The notes under the pieces are model-generated. The model was not told the origin of the DNA. It saw only the letters and a program-made list of their open reading frames with translations, and made no database searches. This document shows positions 1 through 10,711 of a stretch of 51,369 nt of DNA, piece by piece (within the stretch, counting starts at the first letter, position 1; each line of letters opens with the position of its first letter). A program made the position numbers and the translations under genes. Origin of the DNA: an uncultured Thermodesulfovibrio sp. (GTDB taxonomy: Bacteria; Nitrospirota; Thermodesulfovibrionia; Thermodesulfovibrionales; Thermodesulfovibrionaceae); contig CAZYLC010000003.1 of assembly GCA_964648755.1 (NCBI GenBank), positions 7,502-58,870 of the forward strand. Direction: 5' to 3'.

Positions 1-309
1 CTTGAAAATCTCATTGAAAGGCTTTATGTTTTTAGTGATAACGGGGTTGTTAAATTTGAGGATATTCCAGAAAGAATAAAATTTAAAGAGAATTCTATTC
101 CCCCAGATTTAATCTATGATGAGTTTAATCCCTTTGCAACAGAAATAGATTTGAATGAACTCATAATGGAATATGAAAGAAAATTAATTCTTCATTCCCT
201 TAACATGAATAAATGGATAATAAGTAAATCTGCTAAATATTTAAAAATTAATAGAACAACTTTAATTGAAAAGATGAAGAGATTAGGAATAAAGAATGTT
301 AAGAAATGA
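1..309 (+). CDS. 3' fragment of a sigma54-dependent Fis-family activator, FleQ/FlrA-like (starts before window)
   Basis: Frame 1 translated by hand: LENLIERL...SKSAKYLKINRTTLIEKMKRLGIKNVKK*. This is the end of an AAA+ domain plus a Fis HTH with a FleQ-like RTTLIEKM motif; TGA at 307-309. Confidence 0.8.
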   Translation, partial: LENLIERLYVFSDNGVVKFEDIPERIKFKENSIPPDLIYDEFNPFATEIDLNELIMEYERKLILHSLNMNKWIISKSAKYLKINRTTLIEKMKRLGIKNVKK

Positions 310-1906
310 CATAAAAAAAATAATAATTCCTTTATTTTTTCTCTTCTTATTAATACCAAACAACTCTTATTCTGAAGATCTAATAAAAGAGGGGGAAAAA
401 TTAATAAAATCAGGTCAATATCTAAAGTGCAGAGATTACTATAAAAAATTCATAGAATATCCAAATTTAGCCGATGCAGCCTTACTCAATACAGGGAAAT
501 GCGAATATTATTTAAATAATTATCCAGAGGCTTCATTGTATTTAAGAAGACTTCTTAGAGATTTTAAGGAAAGTTCTTACGCAAATGAAGGCAATCTCTA
601 TTTAGGATTAAGCTATCTAAAGATGGGTAAATACCGCGATTCCGAATTCTATCTAAAAAAAGTGGTATCCCCCTTTGAAAAACTTGCCAGTATTGGTCTG
701 GGTTGGATTTCTTATCAAAAGGGAGATATAAAAAATGTTGAGTCCATCCTAAATAAATTAAGTCCTATTGATTTTAAGGAGAACACAGATGCCCACCTTT
801 TAAAAATAAAGTATCTTTCAATAACAGGTAAAGTTGAAGAAGCTTTAAAGGAGTTTGAGAATAATCCAAAAATTAAAAATAAAAACTTCAATATTGATAA
901 AGCTGAAATACTAATAAGAGCAAACAAGTTTAATGATGCTGAAAAGTTACTAACGAAAATAATAAATTCGGATGAAAAAATGTCAAATAAAATCAAGGCT
1001 AAAAATATGCTTTTCGAACTATATTTAGCTCAAGGCAGAACAGATGAAGCATCAAAATTAGGCAAGGAACTTTCCATTTATATCAGTTCTGAAGATTTTA
1101 AAGTAAAACTCCTATCTACATATCTTAAACAAAAAAATTATGATGATGCTCTGAGGATATTAATTTCCTTGAAGGATCAAAAGCTGAAAACAAAAAAAAT
1201 TGAAGAAACTATAAATAAATTAGAGACTGAAAATCCACAAAAAGTTACAGAATATATAATTAAATTATCTCCTTTTTTGAATGCTGATTCATATCTTCTA
1301 ACCTCTTATGCAGAAGTTTTACTAAGACAAGGTAAGCTGAATGATGCAAAAAACCTATTAAAAAAAGTTCTTACAGGACCGAGAAAAGCTGAGGCAATTG
1401 TACCATATGCTCAGATATTAATAGCAGAAGGGAAATTAAAAGAAGCGAAAAAAATATTAGAGCCCATAAAAGATAAAAAACCTTTTGCTTTAGCAGTATA
1501 CTCACAAATTTTATATAAAGAGGGAGATCAACAGAACGCTCTATTTCATATAAGAAAAGCTACTAAATCATTACAAGACTCTAACATTCTATCGATAGCT
1601 GGTGACATAGAGTATTCAGCGGGAGATAAAAAAAATGCTCTAAGTTTATGGGTAAAGGCTGCTAATCTTGGAAGTGCAGAGGCTTCATTAAAAGCTGCTG
1701 ATTACTATTACTTATTAAAAAATAATAAAGAGGCCTCTAAATATTACAAAAAAACTATTGACTTGGGAAATATAGATAACAAATCTCTCATGTGGGCCTA
1801 TTATCAATATGGAAAAATCAATAAAGAGAAATCATATCTTGAAAAGGTAGCAAACTCTGAAGGAGAGTTAGCTAAGGCAGCAAAAGAATTACTTGATAAA
1901 TTATGA
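296..1906 (+). CDS. TPR-repeat protein with N-terminal signal peptide
   Basis: 536-aa ORF, hydrophobic N-terminus, repeated TPR-like helices (e.g. LYLGLSYLKMGKYRDSEFYL). Confidence 0.75.
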   Translation: MLRNDIKKIIIPLFFLFLLIPNNSYSEDLIKEGEKLIKSGQYLKCRDYYKKFIEYPNLADAALLNTGKCEYYLNNYPEASLYLRRLLRDFKESSYANEGNLYLGLSYLKMGKYRDSEFYLKKVVSPFEKLASIGLGWISYQKGDIKNVESILNKLSPIDFKENTDAHLLKIKYLSITGKVEEALKEFENNPKIKNKNFNIDKAEILIRANKFNDAEKLLTKIINSDEKMSNKIKAKNMLFELYLAQGRTDEASKLGKELSIYISSEDFKVKLLSTYLKQKNYDDALRILISLKDQKLKTKKIEETINKLETENPQKVTEYIIKLSPFLNADSYLLTSYAEVLLRQGKLNDAKNLLKKVLTGPRKAEAIVPYAQILIAEGKLKEAKKILEPIKDKKPFALAVYSQILYKEGDQQNALFHIRKATKSLQDSNILSIAGDIEYSAGDKKNALSLWVKAANLGSAEASLKAADYYYLLKNNKEASKYYKKTIDLGNIDNKSLMWAYYQYGKINKEKSYLEKVANSEGELAKAAKELLDKL

Positions 1907-2994
1907 TGCAAAATCAACTTTTAAATGAAGCCATCGTTAAAATAAATACTGCTTCAGAAGCATTAGTAAAATACTATCAAGTACTTGAAGAAAGGATTAA
2001 ACTTCTAACAGAAGAAGTTGACGAGAAAAAAAGACTCCTAAGTAGCATTATTGATAGCATTGATATAGCTGTTGTTTTTTTTGACAGAGAGGGTGTCATT
2101 AGATTAATCAATAGGGCTGCAGAGAGCCTTTTTGGTATCAAATCTGAGGAAATTTTAGGGGAAAAAGAACTTCCTATAAAAATTGAAGAAGAATTGATCT
2201 ATCCTGCTAATTCTAAAAAACCCTTTTACGCTATAATTTCCCGCTCTCAAGTATTAGACTCAGAAGGCAATAGTATGGGAAGTGTATTTCTTTGTAAGGA
2301 TATATCGAGAATAAAGGAACTGGAAGCAGAAAATGAAAGAAATAGAAGATTAACTGCCATGGGCTCTCTCCTTATGAAAATAGCCCATGAAATAAGGAAT
2401 CCTCTTGGCAGTATAGAACTCTTTGCTAATATGATAGCAGAAGATCTTTCGGATAATATTCACGGTGAATATGCAAAAAGGATATCAAGTGCTGTTAGTA
2501 TGTTAAGAAATACCCTTGAAAACATGCTCAGTTTCACGAGAGGAATTAATCCCAAAAGGGAAATAACAGATATAAATGAATTAGTTAAAGAAATTATTAA
2601 GGAATTTAAAGAACTTTTTCAAAGAGTTGGAATTAAAATAGAATTTAATTCTGATTCAAATTATAAAATTCCCTTAGACTCATCCCTAATGAGGCAAGCC
2701 CTAATTAATTTAATTGTTAACTCTTATCAAGCAATGTCAGATGGTGGGTTACTTTCAATTGAAATCTCAAAGGAAAAAAATTTTTTAAAAATATTAATTA
2801 AAGATACAGGCCAGGGCATTGACAGAGAAGTAATTGATAGAATCTTTGAACCTTTCTTTTCAACTAAAGACAGGGGCTCGGGACTTGGGCTTAGCATAAC
2901 GAATAGTATAATTTCTGCCCATGGTGGTAAAATTGAAGTAAAGAGCCAATTAAAAAAAGGCACAGAATTTGCAATATATCTACCTTTAGAATGA
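1903..2994 (+). CDS. Soluble PAS sensor histidine kinase, FleS/FlgS-like
   Basis: PAS (INRAAESLFG), H-box IAHEIRNPLG, N box LINLIVNS, G boxes DTGQG and GSGLGL; no TM segment; flagellar context. Confidence 0.88.
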   Translation: MMQNQLLNEAIVKINTASEALVKYYQVLEERIKLLTEEVDEKKRLLSSIIDSIDIAVVFFDREGVIRLINRAAESLFGIKSEEILGEKELPIKIEEELIYPANSKKPFYAIISRSQVLDSEGNSMGSVFLCKDISRIKELEAENERNRRLTAMGSLLMKIAHEIRNPLGSIELFANMIAEDLSDNIHGEYAKRISSAVSMLRNTLENMLSFTRGINPKREITDINELVKEIIKEFKELFQRVGIKIEFNSDSNYKIPLDSSLMRQALINLIVNSYQAMSDGGLLSIEISKEKNFLKILIKDTGQGIDREVIDRIFEPFFSTKDRGSGLGLSITNSIISAHGGKIEVKSQLKKGTEFAIYLPLE

Positions 2995-4265
2995 AATCCG
3001 TCCTTATTATAGATGACGAGCCCGATATGGGATTTGCTCTCAAAGAAGCCCTATCTCGCATAGGATTTCAATGTCAATTTTACAGAGACCCTCTTCATGT
3101 TCTCTCTAATGTTAATATTAAAGACTTTTCTCTTATCGTCACAGATGTAAAAATGCCTAAAATGGATGGATTGCAATTTTTATCAGAGATTCGCCAGAAG
3201 GGGATGTTCATTCCTGTAATTATAATAACTGGATATGCCAATGTGGATGATGCGGTAAAGGCAATGAAGCTTGGGGCAGTTGACTATCTGACAAAACCCT
3301 TTTCTTTGGAAAATTTAAAAAAATTAATTTCAAGACTTATCCCTGATGAGAATGATATTGTAGCAGAATCTTTCGAAATGAAAAGAATTCTTGAAATTGC
3401 AAGGCAAATAGCAAAAACAGACATTACTGTCTTACTCACTGGAGAAAGTGGTGTTGGAAAGGAGGTAATTGCCAAGTATATTCATAAAAATAGTGATAGA
3501 GCCAACAATCCTTTTGTTGCAATAAACTGTGCTGCAATTACTGAAACACTACTTGAAGCAGAACTATTCGGATATGAAAAGGGTGCTTTTACTGGAGCAA
3601 CAGAGAGAAAACCTGGAAAATTTGAATTAGCAGACAAAGGCACCTTATTATTGGATGAAATAAGTGAAATGGCATATAAACTTCAAGCAAAATTATTGAG
3701 AGTAATTCAAGAAAAGGAACTTGACAGAGTCGGAGGAACAAAGTCTATACCTGTTGACGTAAGAATTATTGCGACTACAAATCGAGATCTCTGGGAAGAG
3801 GTTAAAAAGGGTAATTTTAGAGAAGACCTCTATTACAGAATAAATGTCTTCCCCATTAGAATCCCACCTTTAAGAGAAAGACCAGAGGACATTATACCTC
3901 TTGCAGAGTTTTTCCTAAAGAGACTTTCCAATAAAATGTCAAAAAATCTATACCTTTCAGATGGAATGAAGAAATATCTACTAAAGAAACCTTGGAATGG
4001 TAATGTACGGGAACTTGAAAACTATATTTATAGAATATCCGTATTAAGCCAAGAGGGAGAGATATATCCTCCTCAAGAAAGGGAAATGTCTTTTGAAGAA
4101 GAAAAAAATTTAAAAGCTGGCAAATTAAAGGATGCTGAAAAGGATATGATAATTGATGCATTAGAGAAAACAAAGGGAAATAGAACACAAGCTGCTAAAA
4201 TCCTCGGTATAAGCGTGAGAACACTTAGAAATAAAATAAAAGATTATGGGCTAAAAGAATTATAA
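2991..4265 (+). CDS. Sigma54-dependent response regulator, FleR/FlgR-like
   Basis: REC domain, Walker A GESGVGKE, GAFTGA, Walker B LLLDE, C-terminal HTH GNRTQAAKILGISVRTLRNK. Confidence 0.92.
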   Translation: MKSVLIIDDEPDMGFALKEALSRIGFQCQFYRDPLHVLSNVNIKDFSLIVTDVKMPKMDGLQFLSEIRQKGMFIPVIIITGYANVDDAVKAMKLGAVDYLTKPFSLENLKKLISRLIPDENDIVAESFEMKRILEIARQIAKTDITVLLTGESGVGKEVIAKYIHKNSDRANNPFVAINCAAITETLLEAELFGYEKGAFTGATERKPGKFELADKGTLLLDEISEMAYKLQAKLLRVIQEKELDRVGGTKSIPVDVRIIATTNRDLWEEVKKGNFREDLYYRINVFPIRIPPLRERPEDIIPLAEFFLKRLSNKMSKNLYLSDGMKKYLLKKPWNGNVRELENYIYRISVLSQEGEIYPPQEREMSFEEEKNLKAGKLKDAEKDMIIDALEKTKGNRTQAAKILGISVRTLRNKIKDYGLKEL

Positions 4266-4281
4266 TGGCACAAAATTTGTA
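4266..4281 (+). promoter_or_regulatory. Sigma54 (-24/-12) promoter of the flgB operon
   Basis: TGGCAC-AAAAT-TTGTA versus consensus TGGCAC-N5-TTGCW; followed by SD GGAGG and the flgB ATG. Confidence 0.75.
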
Positions 4282-4308
4282 TAAGTTTTTTTATGGAGGT
4301 TAATACTA

Positions 4309-4644
4309 ATGGATAAATCAATAGATTTGCTACAAAAAATAATGGACATATGTGCCTATAGGCAGAAAATTCTTGCCTCAAATATAGCTAATGCTGATAC
4401 CCCCAACTATAAAGCAAAGGATATTGATTTTCAATCAGAACTTAAAAAAGCATTAGAATCAGGACAAGTATCCCATTCAATAATGGAGGCATCAACGACT
4501 ATGCCAAACAGAGACGGTAATACTGTCAATATAGAAGTAGAAATGACTAAACTCACAGAAACTCTTTTACTGTACAATAGCGCAACGCAAATTCTTTCCA
4601 CAAGAATAAGAATGTTAAAAGATGCTATTAAAGGAGGTAGGTAA
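4309..4644 (+). CDS. flgB: Flagellar basal-body rod protein FlgB
   Basis: RQKILASNIANADTPNYKAKD and DGNTVNIE motifs. Confidence 0.95.
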   Translation: MDKSIDLLQKIMDICAYRQKILASNIANADTPNYKAKDIDFQSELKKALESGQVSHSIMEASTTMPNRDGNTVNIEVEMTKLTETLLLYNSATQILSTRIRMLKDAIKGGR

Positions 4645-5051
4645 TGAAAGACTTATTTTTACCTCTAAAGGTATCTGCCACTGGATTAGAAGCCCAAAAA
4701 ATAAGACTCAATACTATAGCTTCAAATCTCGCAAACATCAACTCTACAAGAACTCCTGAAGGAGGACCTTATCGTAGAAAAGATGTGGTATTTATGAGCT
4801 ATATTTATGACTCTACATCTCACGGAGTGGATATCAAAGAAATAATCGAAGACCAAAGACCTTTTAGAGTTATATTTGACCCATCCCATCCTGATGCCGA
4901 TAAAGAGGGATACGTGAAATATCCTAATATAAATCCTATGGAAGAAATGGTTAACCTTATCTCTGCTTCTCGTGCATACGAAGCAAATCTGACTATGATA
5001 AACTCATATAAGGATATGTTTTTAAGAACCCTTGACTTATTAAAAATTTAG
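4644..5051 (+). CDS. flgC: Flagellar basal-body rod protein FlgC
   Basis: SNLAN...GPYRRK, DPSHPDAD, ASRAYEAN. Confidence 0.96.
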   Translation: MKDLFLPLKVSATGLEAQKIRLNTIASNLANINSTRTPEGGPYRRKDVVFMSYIYDSTSHGVDIKEIIEDQRPFRVIFDPSHPDADKEGYVKYPNINPMEEMVNLISASRAYEANLTMINSYKDMFLRTLDLLKI

Positions 5052-5062
5052 GAGGAACTTTT

Positions 5063-5356
5063 ATGACAGAAATAAAAAACATAAATGAACTATTAGGGCA
5101 AAACTTTGAAAATCTTAAAAATTTGCAAGGAACAGAAAAGGAATCTTTTGAGAAAGCATTAAAAGAAGCTATAAAGGAGGCTTCTCAGGTGGAACAGGAA
5201 GCTCAACAGGCAATTGAAGCTTTTTCTAAGGGTGAAATAAGTATACATCAAGTAGTTCTTGCAATGGAGAAAGCAGACATGACATTGCAAACTCTCATAC
5301 AGGTTAGAAACAAAGTACTAACCGCCTATGAAGAAATATCCCGTATGCAGGTTTAG
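5063..5356 (+). CDS. fliE: Flagellar hook-basal body protein FliE
   Basis: C-terminal QVRNKVLTAYEEISRMQV. Confidence 0.95.
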   Translation: MTEIKNINELLGQNFENLKNLQGTEKESFEKALKEAIKEASQVEQEAQQAIEAFSKGEISIHQVVLAMEKADMTLQTLIQVRNKVLTAYEEISRMQV

Positions 5357-5361
5357 TAAAC

Positions 5362-6891
5362 ATGGCTATAGCAGATAACATTAAGACTTTTGTGGAGAAC
5401 TTTAAAAACCTTCCCCTCACTAGGAAGATAGCTATTGCCGCAGTCCCGCTCATCATTTTTGCGCTTATTATAACTATGCTTCTTTGGTTACCAAAACAGG
5501 ACTATCAGACTCTGTATGCAAATCTATCACCAGAAGATGCTGGCAACGTTATAACAAAATTAAAAGAGAAAAAAGTCCCCTATAGTGTTCAAAACAATGC
5601 AATTTTAGTTCCTTCAGATAAAGTCCACGAGTTAAGACTTGAACTTGCTGCACATGGCATTCCTTCCGGTGGAGGAGTAGGGTTTGAGATATTCGACAAA
5701 TCATCTATCGGATTAACAGAGTTTTCACAGAGAGTAAACTATGTAAGAGCACTACAGGGAGAGCTTGCAAGAACCATTAAACAGATACAAGAGGTCGACC
5801 AGGTAAGAGTGCATATAGCTATACCTGAAAAGTCAATATTTACTGAAAAGGAAGATCATCCTACTGCATCGGTTGTTCTTAAACTTAAACCAGGTAGGAC
5901 TCTTAATAAAGAACAAGTATCAAGTGTAGTACATCTTGTGTCAAGTAGTGTAGAAGGACTCTCGCCTCAGTATGTAACTGTAGTTGATCAGTATGGTAAT
6001 CTTTTATCCGCTCCGAAGGACAATACTCAACTTGTTCAAACTGAACAGGTTGAATACAAGAAAAATATTGAAAAAGCTTATGAAAAAAATATTCAAAGCA
6101 TGCTTGAAAATATAGTGGGGAAAGGAAAAGCAGTAGTAAGGGTATCAACTGATATTGACTTTTCTAAGGTAGAAAAACTTGAAGAAAAATATGATCCCGA
6201 TACTATAGCTATAAGGAATGAGCAAAGAACTCAGGAAAAAACTATGGCACCTCAAACTAGTGGGATACCAGGTGTTCTATCAAATCAGCCTGGTCAAGGT
6301 CAAGCTACTGCATATCAAAACACACAATCTCAAAGACAGCAAGAAAGTATTAATTATGAGGTCTCAAAGAGTATAAGTAAAATATTGCAGTCAACTGGGC
6401 AAATAAAGAAAATTTCGGTTGCCGTATTAGTGGATGGAATTTATAAAGATGAAAAGGGCAAAAAAGTATATATGCCAAGGAGTGAAGAGGAGATAAAAAA
6501 ATATGAAGAACTTGTTCAAGCTGCTATAGGATATAACAGAGAAAGGGGAGACAAAATTATTGTAGAAAGTATGCCCTTTGAAACCATTCCAGAGGAAAAA
6601 CCAGTAACTGATTATATGTCAATATTACTTAAAATTCTGAAATATTTAATACCTGTAATAATTACCATTCTTATAATACTTTTTGTAATTAAGCCTCTTA
6701 TAGAACTACTTAGGAGACCTATTGAAACCAAGAGATTGCCTAAAGAAATTACTATTTCGGAGGAAGTTTCACCTAAATATACTCCAACAGCACCTACTGA
6801 AATGGATATAAAACAACAAATTAACGAGATGGTTAAAAACAATCCTAAAAAAGTAGTTTCCCTTTTGAGAGAATGGATGACTGAACAATGA
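5362..6891 (+). CDS. fliF: Flagellar MS-ring protein FliF
   Basis: Two TM segments, GFEIFD, RALQGELARTI, ASVVLKL motifs; gene order. Confidence 0.95.
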   Translation: MAIADNIKTFVENFKNLPLTRKIAIAAVPLIIFALIITMLLWLPKQDYQTLYANLSPEDAGNVITKLKEKKVPYSVQNNAILVPSDKVHELRLELAAHGIPSGGGVGFEIFDKSSIGLTEFSQRVNYVRALQGELARTIKQIQEVDQVRVHIAIPEKSIFTEKEDHPTASVVLKLKPGRTLNKEQVSSVVHLVSSSVEGLSPQYVTVVDQYGNLLSAPKDNTQLVQTEQVEYKKNIEKAYEKNIQSMLENIVGKGKAVVRVSTDIDFSKVEKLEEKYDPDTIAIRNEQRTQEKTMAPQTSGIPGVLSNQPGQGQATAYQNTQSQRQQESINYEVSKSISKILQSTGQIKKISVAVLVDGIYKDEKGKKVYMPRSEEEIKKYEELVQAAIGYNRERGDKIIVESMPFETIPEEKPVTDYMSILLKILKYLIPVIITILIILFVIKPLIELLRRPIETKRLPKEITISEEVSPKYTPTAPTEMDIKQQINEMVKNNPKKVVSLLREWMTEQ

Positions 6892-7868
6892 GAAAGTATT
6901 CAGGGGTAGAAAAAGTTGCAGCTTTTTTATCTATTATAGGAGAAGAAGCAGCTACAGAGCTTTTTAAGCATTTTGATCCGATAGAGCTTGCAAGAATTAT
7001 ACCCATGATGTCAAGAATAAAACTTTCACAGGAAGAGGCAGAAAATATAATACGGGAATTTTCTGAAAAAATAGGAAATACACCGGTTACAGTTGATGAA
7101 GAATACATAAAAACCATACTTAAAAGAGCTTTTGGTGAAGACCAAGCAGCAAAACTTATATCAAAAATTGAAAGTGGCGCAAGTGCATTTGACATACTTA
7201 GATGGCTTGATTCTTCTGCCATTGCAACTATGCTTCAAAGAGAACATCCTCAAACAATAGCAATAGTTTTAGCCCATTTAGACCCAACTCAAGCAGCGGA
7301 AACGCTTAGTAAATTTCCTGAGCAATTAAAAATAGAAGTATCCCAGAGAATCGCTAGCCTTGATCAGATTTCTCCAGCCATATTAAGTGAACTGGAAGAC
7401 GTTCTTCAAAGTCAACTCCGTTCCTATACACAGTCAAGACGTATAGGGGGTATTAAAACTGTAGCAGAGATTCTAAATCAGATGGATAGAACATCAGAAG
7501 AGCTAATATTAAAGAACATAGAGGAAAAAGACCCTATATTAGCTGAAGAAATAAGGAAACTTATGTTCACATTTGAAGACATTATAAATATTGATGATAG
7601 AGGAATTCAGACGATTCTCAAAGAAATATCCACAGATGATCTTGCCTTAGCGCTTAAGATGGCATCTGAAGAACTGAAAGAAAAAATATTCAAAAATATG
7701 TCAAGCAGAGCAGTGGAAATTCTAAAAGAAGAAATTGAAGCAAAGGGACCTGTAAGAGTTTCTGATGTAGAAAAAGCACAGATGAACGTGGTAAGAGTAG
7801 TTCGAAGATTAGAAGAAGAAGGCAAAATAGTTATAGGTGGAAAGGGTGGTGAAACTCTTGTCGTCTGA
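6888..7868 (+). CDS. fliG: Flagellar motor switch protein FliG
   Basis: EHPQTIA, GG linker, MFTFED, NMSSRA motifs. Confidence 0.97.
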   Translation: MRKYSGVEKVAAFLSIIGEEAATELFKHFDPIELARIIPMMSRIKLSQEEAENIIREFSEKIGNTPVTVDEEYIKTILKRAFGEDQAAKLISKIESGASAFDILRWLDSSAIATMLQREHPQTIAIVLAHLDPTQAAETLSKFPEQLKIEVSQRIASLDQISPAILSELEDVLQSQLRSYTQSRRIGGIKTVAEILNQMDRTSEELILKNIEEKDPILAEEIRKLMFTFEDIINIDDRGIQTILKEISTDDLALALKMASEELKEKIFKNMSSRAVEILKEEIEAKGPVRVSDVEKAQMNVVRVVRRLEEEGKIVIGGKGGETLVV

Positions 7869-8481
7869 TATAAAACCTTTTATACCATCTGCTTTTGATG
7901 AAAAAATTAACAGAGAACAAAATATTAAAAAAACGCCTGAACTAATACAACTCTATGAACAAGTTAAAAGAGAAGGATATGATGAAGGCTTTAAAAAAGG
8001 TTATAAAGAAGGTTTAGAAAAATCATATGAGGAGATAAAAAAACAGGGAAATAGAATAGAGGATAAAATTGCAAATTTAGACAAAATTATTAAAGAACTT
8101 TCTAATTTTAAAAAGGAGCAAATAAAAACCTTCTTACCTGAAATCCTTTCTCTATCCATTAAAATAGCAAAAAAAATTGTTTCTGCTGAAATAATGATTA
8201 ATGAAAAAATTTTGTTAAATATTATAAAAGAAGCATTGAAAGAATTATCCTTAGGTGAGCAAATCATAATTAAAATTAATCCTTTAGACTTTAAAAACCT
8301 ATCGGAAGAACTGAATCAATTAATTTCTGATAACCCTTCAATTAAGATTATTGCATCACCGGATATTAATCAAGGAGGTTGTTATATTGAGTCGCAAGAA
8401 CAGATAATTGACTCAACGGTAGAAGAGAAATTTAAGGAGATAGAAAATGTCCTCAATTCAGTCATTTATTCAAAAGACTGA
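7837..8481 (+). CDS. fliH: Flagellar assembly protein FliH (exact start uncertain, 7837-7858)
   Basis: GxxxG repeats (EGYDEGFKKGYKEG), GGCYIES; lies between fliG and fliI. Confidence 0.88.
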   Translation: MERVVKLLSSDIKPFIPSAFDEKINREQNIKKTPELIQLYEQVKREGYDEGFKKGYKEGLEKSYEEIKKQGNRIEDKIANLDKIIKELSNFKKEQIKTFLPEILSLSIKIAKKIVSAEIMINEKILLNIIKEALKELSLGEQIIIKINPLDFKNLSEELNQLISDNPSIKIIASPDINQGGCYIESQEQIIDSTVEEKFKEIENVLNSVIYSKD

Positions 8482-9763
8482 AAAAGTTATTGAACAAATA
8501 AAGCCCATAAAAATTTATGGTAAAGTAACTAAAGCTGTAGGGCTTATCGTGGAGGGTGTTGGTATTAATGCAAGCATAGGAGACATATGCGAAATCATTT
8601 CAAATGAGCATTCTATTGAAGCAGAGGTGGTAGGTTTTAAGAACAATATAACATTACTTTCACCCCTTGGTGAAATATACGGAATTAAGCCAGGGGATAA
8701 AATCTTCTTAAAGGGTAAACAAAGTTACATAAAAATAGACGATAGTATATTAGGAAGAATAATTGATGGAATAGGTAATCCTCTCGATAGTATCATTCCT
8801 CTTACTGGCATGCCCTATCCTATCTATAGAGAAGCAATAAATCCTCTTGAAAGAGAAATAATAAACAAACCTCTTGACCTTGGAATTAGAGCAATAAATG
8901 CTCTGCTTACCTGTGGTAAAGGACAAAAAATAGGAATAATGGCAGGCAGTGGTGTTGGCAAAAGCGTTCTACTTGGAATGATAGCAAGATACACATCTGC
9001 TGATATAAATGTTATAGCACTAATTGGTGAAAGAGGAAGAGAGGTAAGAGAGTTTATTGAAAAAGACTTAGGGAAAGAGGGTTTAAAAAAATCTGTAATT
9101 GTTGTTTCTACTTCCGATACTCCTGCTCTTGCGAGGATAAGAGGAGCCTTTGTTGCCACAGCAATTGCAGAATATTTCAGAGAAAAGGGCAAAGATGTGC
9201 TTCTTTTAATGGATTCTCTTACAAGATTTGCAATGGCTCAGAGAGAAATAGGACTTGCTGCAGGTGAACCACCAACAATGAAAGGCTATCCACCTTCAGT
9301 TTTTAAATTAATGCCAAAGCTACTTGAAAGAGTTGGAGTAACCAAAGACGGGGGATCAATAACAGGGATATATACGGTTTTAGTTGAAGGAGATGATCTC
9401 ACAGATCCAGTAACAGATGCTGCAAGATCTATTCTTGATGGCCATATCGTACTTTCAAGAGATTTAGCAAACAGAAATCACTATCCTGCAATAGATGTAT
9501 TAAAGAGTATTAGTAGAATAATGAAAGATATAGTTGATGAAAAGCATATAAATATTGCTGGTAGACTACTCGACATTATGGCTACCTATTCTAAGTATGA
9601 AGACTTAATAAGCATTGGTGCTTATAAGGAGGGAACTAATCCACAGGTAGACCAAGCAATAAAAATGATTGATCGAATAAATGGATTTCTAAAACAAGAT
9701 ATAAATACAAAATCAAGCTTTAATGACAGTATAAAAGAAATGTTTGAACTTTTTAAACAATAA
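8447..9763 (+). CDS. fliI: Flagellar export ATPase FliI
   Basis: Walker A AGSGVGKS, GERGREV, DSLTRFAMAQREI. Confidence 0.96.
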   Translation: MSSIQSFIQKTEKVIEQIKPIKIYGKVTKAVGLIVEGVGINASIGDICEIISNEHSIEAEVVGFKNNITLLSPLGEIYGIKPGDKIFLKGKQSYIKIDDSILGRIIDGIGNPLDSIIPLTGMPYPIYREAINPLEREIINKPLDLGIRAINALLTCGKGQKIGIMAGSGVGKSVLLGMIARYTSADINVIALIGERGREVREFIEKDLGKEGLKKSVIVVSTSDTPALARIRGAFVATAIAEYFREKGKDVLLLMDSLTRFAMAQREIGLAAGEPPTMKGYPPSVFKLMPKLLERVGVTKDGGSITGIYTVLVEGDDLTDPVTDAARSILDGHIVLSRDLANRNHYPAIDVLKSISRIMKDIVDEKHINIAGRLLDIMATYSKYEDLISIGAYKEGTNPQVDQAIKMIDRINGFLKQDINTKSSFNDSIKEMFELFKQ

Positions 9764-10185
9764 TGAATAAAAGCACTTTAAATATGATTTTAAAACTCAA
9801 AGAATGGGAAGAGGAATTAGAAAAACAGAAATATACAAAATTTTTGTTAGAGATGAAAAATATTGAAAATTATATTAATGAGATTGAAGAAAGGTTTGAT
9901 TATATCAATCAGAAAAAAGAGGTACATATGACATCAAATGAACTCAATACTGTTTATAATGAAATCCAATATCTTACAAGTTTGATTAATGAAGCAAAAG
10001 AAATTTTAAAAACAATTGAAGAGGAAGTGGAAAGACAAAGAGAAATTTATGAGACCTCTTTCATAGAAAGAAAAAAGGTTGAAAGACTTTATGAAAAATT
10101 GATTTTACTAATCAAGAGAGAAAGAGAAAAACTTGAAGAAAAAATGATTTCTGACATATTTTCCGGAAGATATAGGAGCATTTAA
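9763..10185 (+). CDS. fliJ: Flagellar export protein FliJ
   Basis: 140-aa coiled-coil protein directly after fliI; assignment is mainly by position and size. Confidence 0.7.
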   Translation: MNKSTLNMILKLKEWEEELEKQKYTKFLLEMKNIENYINEIEERFDYINQKKEVHMTSNELNTVYNEIQYLTSLINEAKEILKTIEEEVERQREIYETSFIERKKVERLYEKLILLIKREREKLEEKMISDIFSGRYRSI

Positions 10186-10643
10186 TGTTAAAAAAATCCC
10201 TCTTATTAGCAATATTTATAACTGTTTTCGGTATAGCAGCAGGAACGATCATTGGGCAGCAAACTATACCTAAAGAAAATCAAAATCCCTCTATTGAAGA
10301 AGAAAGGTCGAAAATAATACAAGAAGACCTCTCCAAAAAAATTGAAGAACTAAAAAAACTTCGTGAAGAAATAAATACAAAAATAAAAGAACAAGAAGAA
10401 ATAAAAGCTCAACTTGAAAAAGCAAGAAGTGAGAATTATCAGAGACTGGCTAAAATATATGAATCTATGCCTCCTGAGGAAGCAGCAACTCGTCTTGAGA
10501 AACTCGATGATGACACAGCTACTACTCTTATCCTTGCCATTAAACCTCGTCAGGCTGCCAAAATTCTTTCTAATGTTAATCCAGAAAAAGCTGCCATAAT
10601 ATCAAAAAGAATAGTAATTATTAGGGAAAAGGCATCCAAGTAG
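10185..10643 (+). CDS. MotE/FlbB-family (MgtE N-terminal-like) flagellar protein
   Basis: Signal/TM segment, coiled coil, LAKIYESMPPEEAA motif; typical position between fliJ and fliK. Confidence 0.78.
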   Translation: MLKKSLLLAIFITVFGIAAGTIIGQQTIPKENQNPSIEEERSKIIQEDLSKKIEELKKLREEINTKIKEQEEIKAQLEKARSENYQRLAKIYESMPPEEAATRLEKLDDDTATTLILAIKPRQAAKILSNVNPEKAAIISKRIVIIREKASK

Positions 10644-10711
10644 GAAAATTTTTCCCTTCCTTTCAATTTTATAAAAGCCCGTAAAAGCTCAAAAAAATTA
10701 AATTTTTATTG

